DNA from: Frankiales bacterium
GTDB taxonomy: Bacteria > Actinomycetota > Actinomycetes > JAFAQI01
Direction of reading: 5' to 3'
DNA length: 64,000 bases
Assembly (NCBI GenBank): GCA_025980325.1
Contig: JAICXQ010000003.1
Coordinates: forward strand, 18,798 to 82,797
The notes below the pieces were generated by a model that saw only the letters and a program-made list of their open reading frames with translations, did no database searches and had not been told where the DNA came from. Numbering within the stretch: position 1 is the first letter of the stretch; every line of letters starts with the position of its first letter. Below are positions 37,869 through 46,566 of the stretch, one piece after another. The translations under genes were made by a program, and so were the position numbers.

Positions 37869-39407
37869 TCAGCTCTTCGTGTGATCGGTGTAGGACATCA
37901 ACACCGGCGGCGACGGCGGATAGGGCCCGCAATCGACCACTGCGTAATAGGTAGTGATGGCGAGCCCGCGGTGATCGCTGACCGGCGACGACAGGGTAAG
38001 TCCATGCGGGCTGGCGACGGCTTCTTTGGGCGTCGGAACCGGCAACCATCTCCCGCTCTTGATGTTGTAGCGCACGGCCTCGGCATGATGACAAGACCCG
38101 CCCGGTTGCCCGTAGTCACCTGTGACCCGCATGATTGCGAGGAGGTCGTTGCTGCCCGCCGCGAAAGTGACATCCTCGATCGGCGGGCTCGCCCATGCCT
38201 GGCGAGCTCCATTGACCGTGGGCACTGCCGTGGTTGGAATCGCCGGCAACGTCGTCCAGGTCCGCCCGCCGTTGACCGATAGGTACACGGACGGGTTGGG
38301 AGTGCCGAACGGCGGCTGGGCCCAGGTGACTACACGTTCTGATCCCTGGGCTGTGTACTCGGCGTCGACTCCGGCAAGCATGACGTTCGGCGGCGCAGCG
38401 AACACCTTCGTCCAGGAGGCACCCGCGTTAGCCGATCGCCACAAGCCGGCAGTCGGTGCGCTGCCGCCCGCCAGCGACGCGGTCCATAAGGTGGCCGGGT
38501 GGCGGGGGTCGACGATGAAGTACGGCTGGGATGATGTCCAGGGACTCAGACTCGTCTGATTGTACGAGGGCGGTGCTGGTTCCGGTGTCGCGGTAACGGT
38601 CAGCGGCGACGAGATCTGGGTCCATGACGTGCCGGAGTCATGGGTGACGAAAAACTGAATCGGGTTCGTGACGAGCGATAGCGCGGACAGCACGACCAAC
38701 TGCAGAAGTCGCACCTGTTCGCATTCGAAATATGCGGTGCGCGGATCGCTAGGCGAAACGACCAAGGCGGTGTTCCCACAAGCTGGCGTGCCCTCCGGCG
38801 CACTCGGCGCGTTCGCGCTCGGTACCGGCTGGGGGTCGTCGAATGTCGCGCCGCCGTTCGTGCTGACGAGGAACAACGTCGGAAGCTCGTCCAACGTGAG
38901 CTTATTGGTATCCGTGTCGGTCGCAACGACGTAGACCGTCTCGTGGTTGGGCGAGCGACTCGTCGATTCTGCCGCCACCGAGCTGATGCTGTAGTTCGGA
39001 TCAAGCGGTGCCGCTGCCTGCCCAGCTGTTGAGGAGGGTCCTGGCAAGGTGTCCAGAGACAGGATCATCTGCCACGTGCATCCGGCGTCTTGGGTGCGGA
39101 AAAGCTGCCTGTTGTTCGCATAGAACATGGTCTTGGGACTTGCAGGATCGACTGTGGGACCGACCCCCGGCGACGCATTATTGATGTACGTCTCTTCAGT
39201 CGTGGTCACGAGACTGTCATCAGGTGGTGGCGTGTCGATCGTGGTCCATGGTCCGGCGGATGGTTTACATCGCGCGACCGATCCAGCGCTTGCACCGGTG
39301 ACGACGCCGGAGCCCCCACACAGCGCCGCGATCGTCAACACGGTCAGCGTCCGTCGGTGGCGAAGCTCGGGACGGGGCCACGTGGCCGTCGAATGCGGTC
39401 GCGTCAC
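37869..39407 (-). CDS. Secreted BNR/Asp-box beta-propeller protein (paralog A)
   Basis: Signal peptide; TQDAGCTW, STNGGATF, THDSGTSW, SANAGASW, SVNGGRTW. Confidence 0.85.
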   Translation of the reverse strand: MTRPHSTATWPRPELRHRRTLTVLTIAALCGGSGVVTGASAGSVARCKPSAGPWTTIDTPPPDDSLVTTTEETYINNASPGVGPTVDPASPKTMFYANNRQLFRTQDAGCTWQMILSLDTLPGPSSTAGQAAAPLDPNYSISSVAAESTSRSPNHETVYVVATDTDTNKLTLDELPTLFLVSTNGGATFDDPQPVPSANAPSAPEGTPACGNTALVVSPSDPRTAYFECEQVRLLQLVVLSALSLVTNPIQFFVTHDSGTSWTQISSPLTVTATPEPAPPSYNQTSLSPWTSSQPYFIVDPRHPATLWTASLAGGSAPTAGLWRSANAGASWTKVFAAPPNVMLAGVDAEYTAQGSERVVTWAQPPFGTPNPSVYLSVNGGRTWTTLPAIPTTAVPTVNGARQAWASPPIEDVTFAAGSNDLLAIMRVTGDYGQPGGSCHHAEAVRYNIKSGRWLPVPTPKEAVASPHGLTLSSPVSDHRGLAITTYYAVVDCGPYPPSPPVLMSYTDHTKS

Positions 39408-39422
39408 GGGACCTCCCGTTCG

Positions 39423-41003
39423 CTAGCTTCGGGTGTGGTCGGTGTACGACAGGAGCACCGGCTGGTTGTTCGAGCCGCAACTACCGTTCCCGCCGTTCGC
39501 GTAGTACGTCGTGGTGGCGAGACCACGATGGTCGCTGGCCGGCCAGGCAAGGCTGATTCCGTGCGGATCGGCGATGGCCTCTTTCGGCGTGGGGACAGGC
39601 GACCATCTCTTGCTCTTGACGGTGTAGTGCACCGCCTCGGCGTGCGTACACGGAGCCCCAGGATTGCCGTAGTCGCCGCCGGCTTGCAGGATGGCCAGAA
39701 TGTCGTTCGTCGCCGCGGCGAACGTGACCGCCTCGAACGCCGTCCAACTCTGCAGTGCGCCGTTCACCTTGGGTATCGCGGTCAACGGGATCGCCGGCAA
39801 GGCAGCCCAGCTCCGGCCGTTGAGGGAGAGGTACACCTGCGGCTTGCTGTTGCCCTTGACCGATGGACCCCAGGTGACGATTCGTTCCACGCCGGAAGGG
39901 GTGTACTCCGCGTCCACTCCGGCAAGGTGGGTGTCGGCCGGTGCGAACACCTTCGTCCAGGTCGCGCCGCTGTCGGTCGAGCGCCACAGAACGCCGGTCG
40001 CATACTGGCCCAGCTGACCGCTGGCCGCCCCGGTCGTCGATGCGCCGACGGCGAGATTCGTGGTCCACAACGTGTTGGGATGGCGCGGATCGACGATGAA
40101 ATCGGGTTGGGACGGCGGCTGGTTGCCGGCGAGCAGGAAGCCGTCACCGCTCTGCACAGGTTGGGTTGCCAGGACTCCCAGCGCTGCCGAGACCTGGGTC
40201 CACGATTGACCCGCATCATGCGTGACGAACAGTGGAGACGCGTTGGGGAACAGCGCAAAGGCGATGGCCGTGTAGAAGCCCAGGCTCAGCCACCACAGAC
40301 GGGTCTGCTCGCACTGCATGTACACGGTCTTCGGATCGCTCGGCGCAACCTCGAGGGTGGTGTTCTCGCAGGCCGGCACGCCTTCGGGAGCTTCCGGTGC
40401 GTTCGCGCTCGGCAGTGGTTGCGGGGCATGAAATGTCGCACCGCCGTCCGTGCTCACGAGGAACAGCGTCGGTAGCTCGTCGAGCGTTTCCTGATTCGCC
40501 TGGGTCTCGGTCGCGGTGACGTACACCGTCGCGTGGTTGGCCGTCCGGCTCGTCGAAGCGATCGCCAACGACGTGATGCTGTAGAGCTGATCCGAGGACG
40601 CAACGACCTCGGTCGGGGACGACGACGTCCCCGGCTGGCTGTCGAGCGAGAACGCGAGTTGCCACGTGCAACCCCCGTCGAGCGTACGGAACAGCTGCCG
40701 CGGCGTGGCGTAGAACATGTCCTTCGGGCTTGCCGGATCGACGGCCAGCCCGACACCGGGGACAGGGCTCGGCTGCAGCTCGCCCTGCGAGTCGTTCTGC
40801 TCGGTCGTGTTGATCAGGTTGGTACCCGGCGGAGTGCTCGTTGTCGTCCACGGCCCCGGCGAGACATGACAACGGGCCGGCGCAGCCTGCGCACCGCCGA
40901 CCACGCCGGCACCTGCGCAGAGGACGGCGACGGTGGCGAGCATGGAGACGCGAGGCCGGCGAAGGCTGGCCGTCCAGCCCGTGCTCGATGGCTGTGGTGT
41001 CAC
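39423..41003 (-). CDS. Secreted BNR/Asp-box beta-propeller protein (paralog B, tandem duplicate of A)
   Basis: TLDGGCTW, STDGGATF, THDAGQSW, STDSGATW; colinear with 37869-39407. Confidence 0.85.
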   Translation of the reverse strand: MTPQPSSTGWTASLRRPRVSMLATVAVLCAGAGVVGGAQAAPARCHVSPGPWTTTSTPPGTNLINTTEQNDSQGELQPSPVPGVGLAVDPASPKDMFYATPRQLFRTLDGGCTWQLAFSLDSQPGTSSSPTEVVASSDQLYSITSLAIASTSRTANHATVYVTATETQANQETLDELPTLFLVSTDGGATFHAPQPLPSANAPEAPEGVPACENTTLEVAPSDPKTVYMQCEQTRLWWLSLGFYTAIAFALFPNASPLFVTHDAGQSWTQVSAALGVLATQPVQSGDGFLLAGNQPPSQPDFIVDPRHPNTLWTTNLAVGASTTGAASGQLGQYATGVLWRSTDSGATWTKVFAPADTHLAGVDAEYTPSGVERIVTWGPSVKGNSKPQVYLSLNGRSWAALPAIPLTAIPKVNGALQSWTAFEAVTFAAATNDILAILQAGGDYGNPGAPCTHAEAVHYTVKSKRWSPVPTPKEAIADPHGISLAWPASDHRGLATTTYYANGGNGSCGSNNQPVLLSYTDHTRS

Positions 41004-41029
41004 GGGAACCTCCTCACGAACCGACGCTC

Positions 41030-41097
41030 ACGCTAGGTCTGGATCAACGACGGCGACAGCGATTGGCGGGCGGCTGTCCAGCGACTGTCCAGCCGCC
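41030..41097 (-). promoter_or_regulatory. 11-bp phased heptamer array (site C) with TAGCGT -10; also folds as a hairpin
   Basis: Minus strand CTGGACA/CTGGACA/CCCGCCA/CTGTCGC starting at 41092/41081/41070/41059; TAGCGT at 41035-41030. Confidence 0.6.
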
Positions 41098-41107
41098 GCC
41101 GCGCCCG

Positions 41108-41701
41108 TCACCCACTCCATTGGTTGATGCACGATTGCAGCGACTCGCGATAGGCGTCGCTGGTGTACGTCGCCCCCGAAACCGTTTGAATATCAGCGTT
41201 TTCGAGCCGCAGCGCCTCCTTGCGCAGTTGCGGGCCGGCGTAGCCGTTGATCTGGTCGTTGGTCGAGTTTCCGTTCGGCAGCTGGAGGTTCACGACGTCG
41301 GCCCAGTGAGTGCCCTGGATCTTGATGGCGACCTGTACCGGGCCGAAGCTGCCGGCCTGGAACGTTTGGCACGTGTAGGTCTGTGCCGGCCCCGCCGCCG
41401 CCTTCGTCTGGTGCGGATCGGCTTTCGCGGCCGGCCCTCCCCCACCAGTGGTAATCGTGACCGTGCGCGTCACGGTGACGGATCGCGGCGGTGGCGCACC
41501 GGCCGGCCGGGCAGGGCGAGCGGACGCGAGAACGCGAGCGGACGCAGGTCCGTCGGGAGTCGTGACGGATCGCATCGCGACCGTGGTCGAGGGCGACGCG
41601 TGCGTCGGGGCCGCGGGCGGGGTGCGGTAGCGCAGGGTCAACGTGAGTCCGACCGCAGTCAGACCGAGTACGACGCCGGTCTTGATGGCGGGCTTCATCA
41701 T
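41108..41701 (-). CDS. Extracytoplasmic FMN-binding (flavinylated) protein
   Basis: FGPVQV, VSGATYTS flavinylation motif (SGAT at 41168-41179); ATGA overlap. Confidence 0.9.
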   Translation of the reverse strand: MMKPAIKTGVVLGLTAVGLTLTLRYRTPPAAPTHASPSTTVAMRSVTTPDGPASARVLASARPARPAGAPPPRSVTVTRTVTITTGGGGPAAKADPHQTKAAAGPAQTYTCQTFQAGSFGPVQVAIKIQGTHWADVVNLQLPNGNSTNDQINGYAGPQLRKEALRLENADIQTVSGATYTSDAYRESLQSCINQWSG

Positions 41702-43113
41702 GCGAGCGCGAACCCTTCCGTGTGGATCCGGCCGATAGGCAATCCGGCGGCACGCAGTCCGCGGTTGACGCGCTCCGTCATCCCGGGCGGGCCGCAGACA
41801 TACGCGTCGCAGCAGCCCGGTTCGGTGATGAGATCGCGAAGCATCGCCGGGCTGAGCGGGTCGTCGTCGTCACCGGTGCCGCGGTGCCCGGTGACCACCA
41901 GCAGCCGGAACCGGTCGGTGCGTTGCAGGCGCACGAGTTCGTCGCCGAAGTTGACCTGACCGGCGTCACTGACGCGGTAGACCAACGTGACCGCGTCGGT
42001 TCCGCTCGCGATGACGTGCTCCGCGATGGCGAGCAGCGGCGCGACCCCGGAACCGCCGCCGATGAGCAGCACTTCCCGGCCGCGACGCAGCCGCCCGCTC
42101 AGTGCGCCGTACGGCCCTTCCAGCAGAACCCGCGTGCCCGGTTGGCAGTGCGCGAGCCAGTTGGTGTGGTCGCCGACCGGCTTGGCGGTCATCCGCAACC
42201 AGGATCCGTTAGGTGCCGCCGACAGGGAGAACGGATGGGCCTGGGACCAGCCGCCGCGAACGAGGAAGCGCCAGCGGAAGTACTGGCCGCCGACGACGGG
42301 CAGCCGATCCAGTCTGCGGCCGGAGACATAGACGCTTGTCGAACCGTCGGGTTCGCTGGTCACGTCGACGACGCGGAAGCGGTGGCGCGCATATCGCCAG
42401 ATCGGATCGCCGATGCGATAGCGCAGCACAAGGAACGCGACGCTGCCGTGCGCGCTCGCCCACACCACCCGAGCCGGAAGGCTGTGCATGAACAGCGCAC
42501 CGGTCGCGAACTGGTGGGCGAACGCCAGTCCGATGCCGACGTACACGTACAGGTGGACCCACTGCCACGTCTCGTAGCGCAACCGGCGGCGGATCGGGCG
42601 AAGCGACGTCATGACCACGAGCGCGAGCAGCCCGAGCCCGACCGTGCCGGCGAGGACATCCGGATAGGTCAGCACCAGGACGGCGGCCTCGTGCACCACG
42701 GAGGTGTGCACCGCCAGCGCATCGCCGATGGTGATGGTCACGGTATGGATGAGAACCAGCCACAAGATGTAGCCGCCGAGCCACCGATGCGCGGCCGCCA
42801 GCCAATCGGTGCCGATGCGATGCTCCAGCGCCGGGACGCGCGCCATCAGCGTGACCTCGACGAGGATCAGGATCGCCGAGAGCATCCCGGCCGACCGGCC
42901 GAGCTCGACCAGCACGCTTCCGGTGCCGCCGGTCTCCCGCGTCACCGGACTCGACCACCAGTACAACAGCACGGCGAAGCACACGAGACCCGCCGACGCG
43001 ACGACGAGCCATGCCGTGGCGCGCCTGGTGAGCACCAGCCGTCGCATCGGCTCGACCGACGGCAGCGCCCGGTCGAGGACCGGCGCTTCGGTCGGGAGCA
43101 CCGCCGACGACAT
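41698..43113 (-). CDS. Ferric reductase-like TM domain fused to FAD/NAD(P)-binding oxidoreductase
   Basis: Four heme-type His (AAHRW, LIHT, WVHLY, FAHQ), HPFSLS, GPYG, GGSGVAP, YVCGP. Confidence 0.92.
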   Translation of the reverse strand: MSSAVLPTEAPVLDRALPSVEPMRRLVLTRRATAWLVVASAGLVCFAVLLYWWSSPVTRETGGTGSVLVELGRSAGMLSAILILVEVTLMARVPALEHRIGTDWLAAAHRWLGGYILWLVLIHTVTITIGDALAVHTSVVHEAAVLVLTYPDVLAGTVGLGLLALVVMTSLRPIRRRLRYETWQWVHLYVYVGIGLAFAHQFATGALFMHSLPARVVWASAHGSVAFLVLRYRIGDPIWRYARHRFRVVDVTSEPDGSTSVYVSGRRLDRLPVVGGQYFRWRFLVRGGWSQAHPFSLSAAPNGSWLRMTAKPVGDHTNWLAHCQPGTRVLLEGPYGALSGRLRRGREVLLIGGGSGVAPLLAIAEHVIASGTDAVTLVYRVSDAGQVNFGDELVRLQRTDRFRLLVVTGHRGTGDDDDPLSPAMLRDLITEPGCCDAYVCGPPGMTERVNRGLRAAGLPIGRIHTEGFALA

Positions 43114-43132
43114 CTTCGCCTCCTCGCTGCCG

Positions 43133-45076
43133 TTACTCGTGGTTCGCGATCAGGTAGACCGGGCCCGCGTACGAAACCATCTGCTCCGTCTCGCCGGATG
43201 CGTCGTCGATGGTCGCGACCACTGCGTTCTCGACCACGCTGCGGCACTGGACGACGGTGTAGACGAGCCCGGCCGCCTGATCCAGTGCGGGCGCGACCGG
43301 ATTGAAGTTCCAGTCGCGTACGTCGTACTTCGCGCCGGCCACGCCGACCGGGCTCGATCCGACCCGTTGCCACGAAGGCGCGCCGGGCGGCAGCCGGTAG
43401 GACCTGATCGACGCGGTCGTGATGCCCGGCGCCGGATCGACGCCGAGGCTCAAGCTCACCCCGTCCGGCAGGAACGACAACCACAGCGGTTGGATCTGGT
43501 TGTAGACGCCGTCCGTCGTCACTTCCTGTGCCTGCGACGACTCCTCGCCGACGGGCAGGTAGACCTCGCGCAAGGTGGTCGGCGACGGCAACGTCGTCCA
43601 GTGCGTTCCGTTGTCGGTCGAGCGCAGCACCACGTAGACGAAGCCGTTCGTCTGCGGGTCGAGGTAGTGCTCGACGACCGCGGCCGCGAAGCCCGAGCCG
43701 TGATCGGCGACCGCGTAGTCGTCGATGTAGGTCATCATCGGATAGCCGACGCCGGTGTCCTCCGTCGGTGCGGCCAGCCCGGTCCAGCTCTTCCCGTAGT
43801 CACCGGACACGTAGAGCGTGCCGTCGGACTCGAACCGCCCGTTCTGGGTGTCGGCGCCGTCCACGCCGTTCGCCCGCGGCGGCGTCGTACCCGGCGGCGT
43901 CTCCACACCGAGCCCGTAGATCCGCCCTGGCCGGCTCGGGTCGACTCGCAACTGGAACAGGTAGTCCTCGGCAGTGCCGACCGCGTACAGCGCCGGCATC
44001 GCCCAGTGCGGACCGGGGCGGATCGGCACGGCGGCGAGTTGCCAGGTCGAGCCGCCGTCACGGCTCACGAACAACCGCATCCGGCCCGAGCTCGCGCTGG
44101 TTCCCGGCGCTGCGTCGGCGGCCGTCTCGAGATACACGACGTGGGGATCGGTCGGTGCGACGGCGAGCAGTTGCGGGTACCCGCTCCCCGCCGGCAGGGC
44201 CTGCATGGCGCTCGTCACTTGCATGCCACCCGCCGACACGGGTTGGCCGGCCAGCGGAACTGAGGCCGACCACGTCGTGCCGCCGTCGGCGCTCGCCGCC
44301 AGCACCACATGCCCGCCGTACGTTCCGTACGCCGTCGACCACCACGGCGGCGCGATGGTCGCGTAGACCTGGTCGCCGGCTGCGGCAATCGCGGTGACGG
44401 CATATCCGGGTGGCACCGGGATCGCACCGTCGGTGACCGACGCGCCCGCGGGATGCGCGGTCGGATCGAGCGACAGCACCGGAGCCCACGAACACCCGCC
44501 GTCCGACGTGCGCAGCACCTTCGTGCCGTCCGACGCGAGCAGCCGTCCGGGCCGCCCACCGGGAACGACGAACGACGTGGACGCAACAGCGGCGCCGCCA
44601 CCCACACCTGCCGGCGGCACGCCCACCACCTGCTGACCGCTGTTGACCGCCGCGCTTGCGGTGTCCCACACCGAAGACGACGCATCCGGCATCCCGACGA
44701 CGGCAAGCCGGCCGGTGACCCGCACGCCGGGGCATGGGCTGCGGGTGAGCACGTTTCCGGTCGCGACCGGCAGCTGCGCCGGTCCCTGTGCGCCGTACGG
44801 CGTCGTTGGCGGCGCCTCGGTCCGGCGCACCAGCGTCACCACCCGGACCTGCGCACCGGGCGGGGCCGGCGCGCCGTCCGCGGCGCCGGAAGGCTGCCGC
44901 CTCGGCAGGGCCGCGCCGGCGTGACCGGCGGCCAGCGACACCGGTCGTTGGGGCAGCAACAGCGTCAGAGCGATCAGCGCCGCGGTCGTCGCACTCGCGA
45001 CGACGCTCGGCCGCTTGGCGATCACCCCGGCGTGCAGCCGCCAACCGCTCGCCCGTCCGGTCGACAAGGCGAGCAT
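43133..45076 (-). CDS. Secreted BNR/Asp-box beta-propeller protein (paralog C)
   Basis: TSDGGCSW, SADGGTTW, SRDGGSTW, SGDYGKSW, STDNGTHW; TGATG overlap. Confidence 0.8.
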   Translation of the reverse strand: MLALSTGRASGWRLHAGVIAKRPSVVASATTAALIALTLLLPQRPVSLAAGHAGAALPRRQPSGAADGAPAPPGAQVRVVTLVRRTEAPPTTPYGAQGPAQLPVATGNVLTRSPCPGVRVTGRLAVVGMPDASSSVWDTASAAVNSGQQVVGVPPAGVGGGAAVASTSFVVPGGRPGRLLASDGTKVLRTSDGGCSWAPVLSLDPTAHPAGASVTDGAIPVPPGYAVTAIAAAGDQVYATIAPPWWSTAYGTYGGHVVLAASADGGTTWSASVPLAGQPVSAGGMQVTSAMQALPAGSGYPQLLAVAPTDPHVVYLETAADAAPGTSASSGRMRLFVSRDGGSTWQLAAVPIRPGPHWAMPALYAVGTAEDYLFQLRVDPSRPGRIYGLGVETPPGTTPPRANGVDGADTQNGRFESDGTLYVSGDYGKSWTGLAAPTEDTGVGYPMMTYIDDYAVADHGSGFAAAVVEHYLDPQTNGFVYVVLRSTDNGTHWTTLPSPTTLREVYLPVGEESSQAQEVTTDGVYNQIQPLWLSFLPDGVSLSLGVDPAPGITTASIRSYRLPPGAPSWQRVGSSPVGVAGAKYDVRDWNFNPVAPALDQAAGLVYTVVQCRSVVENAVVATIDDASGETEQMVSYAGPVYLIANHE

Positions 45077-46566
45077 CAACAGCCGCCGGTATAGAGAAGG
45101 CCGTACGAAGTCACCGTCGTCGCCGTCTGGAACGTCGGGGTCGTCTGCTGGCGCGACACGTACGCCGTCACGAACAGCCGGCCCGAGCTATCGGTCAACC
45201 GGAAGTCGGAATAGGACACGCTGGCATTCGTCTGGACCGGGAAGCCGGGCGTCGCGACCGCCGACCACCTGCCGTGGTGCAACCGCAGGAACCGATAGGC
45301 CGTCGCAGCGGCCGGCGTCGTGGTCGAGGAGTTGGCGGCGCCGAAGTAGGCGCCGTTCTGCAACTCGGCCAGAGCCAGCACGTCCTGGCTGCCGGCGCAG
45401 ACCCAACGCGGGCGCGCGGCGCTGACGTAACCCCACGCGTTCAGCGTCGGCGGGACCGGCAGCACCTTCCACGTGCGGCCGCCGTTCGTCGAGGCGTAGA
45501 TCTTGGGTGGCGGCAACGTGCCGTTCACGCCGCCGTCCGGCCAGTTCATCAGCAGCCGCGCGGCCGCGCCGTGAGGGTGGACGGCGTCCAGCCATTGCAC
45601 GCCCATGCCCTGCGCACGCCGGGTGCCGAGCGTGTGCGGGGCGCGCGGCACCGCGTACCACGTGCGGCCGCCGTTGGTCGACTGGGAGACGACGCCGTCC
45701 TGGCTCCCCCAGTCCGACGATCCGTACGCCCACAGGGTGCGCGGGTTCGACGGATCCACGACGAGCCGCCCGTTGGCAACGGTGTTCAACGACTCGCCGA
45801 GGACGTACCAGCTCGCGCCGCCGTTCGTCGTCCCGAGCGCCTCGAACGTCTGGTACGCCGCCGACAGTGCCGGGGTCCCGGCCTCGTCGTCGACGATCGA
45901 GGCAACCTCGCCCACCGCAGGGGCCGGCGTGGTCGCGGTGGCGTTCAGCGACAGGTAGACGGTGCGCGGATCACTCGGCGCGACGTAGAGCGAGGGCGTG
46001 GCCGACGGTGTGAACACCGGGACCGGCTGCCCGCCGGCCGCCGACGGCGCTTCGACGACGGACAGCTTCCAGCTCGTCCCGCCGTTGGTGCTGACCGCCC
46101 AGAACAGCGGCGCGCCGGCTTCGGTCGCCAACTGGTCCATGGCGGTCCCCTCGCCGCGGATGAGGGCGTACGCGACGGTCGGGCCGGCCGCCACGACCGA
46201 GGTGATGGCGGCGTCCGGCCACGCCCGCAGCAACGTGTCCGGAACGCCGACCGCGGACGGGTCGCGGGTCGGGTCGAGACTGAAGACGGTCGACCAGCTG
46301 CACCCGAGGTTGGTCGAGCGCATGATCGTGTCACCGTTGGTGGCGAACAGCCGCGAACCCGATCCGCCGGGAACCATGTCGGCCACCCCGGCCTGGGTGT
46401 GCGACGCGGCCGACGCCGGGAACGCCGGCGGGTCGACGACCGTCCAGGGTCCGTGTCGATGCCCGCAACTGCTGGCGGCGCCGACCGGTGTGGTTCCGGC
46501 ACCGGTACCGAGCCCGCCGAGTGTTGCGGCCAGCAGGACGGACAAGGCGCGGGTACGGCGCATCAT
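45076..46566 (-). CDS. Secreted BNR/Asp-box beta-propeller protein (paralog D)
   Basis: STNLGCSW, STNGGTSW, TTNGGASW, STNGGRTW x2; ATGA overlap. Confidence 0.85.
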   Translation of the reverse strand: MMRRTRALSVLLAATLGGLGTGAGTTPVGAASSCGHRHGPWTVVDPPAFPASAASHTQAGVADMVPGGSGSRLFATNGDTIMRSTNLGCSWSTVFSLDPTRDPSAVGVPDTLLRAWPDAAITSVVAAGPTVAYALIRGEGTAMDQLATEAGAPLFWAVSTNGGTSWKLSVVEAPSAAGGQPVPVFTPSATPSLYVAPSDPRTVYLSLNATATTPAPAVGEVASIVDDEAGTPALSAAYQTFEALGTTNGGASWYVLGESLNTVANGRLVVDPSNPRTLWAYGSSDWGSQDGVVSQSTNGGRTWYAVPRAPHTLGTRRAQGMGVQWLDAVHPHGAAARLLMNWPDGGVNGTLPPPKIYASTNGGRTWKVLPVPPTLNAWGYVSAARPRWVCAGSQDVLALAELQNGAYFGAANSSTTTPAAATAYRFLRLHHGRWSAVATPGFPVQTNASVSYSDFRLTDSSGRLFVTAYVSRQQTTPTFQTATTVTSYGLLYTGGC

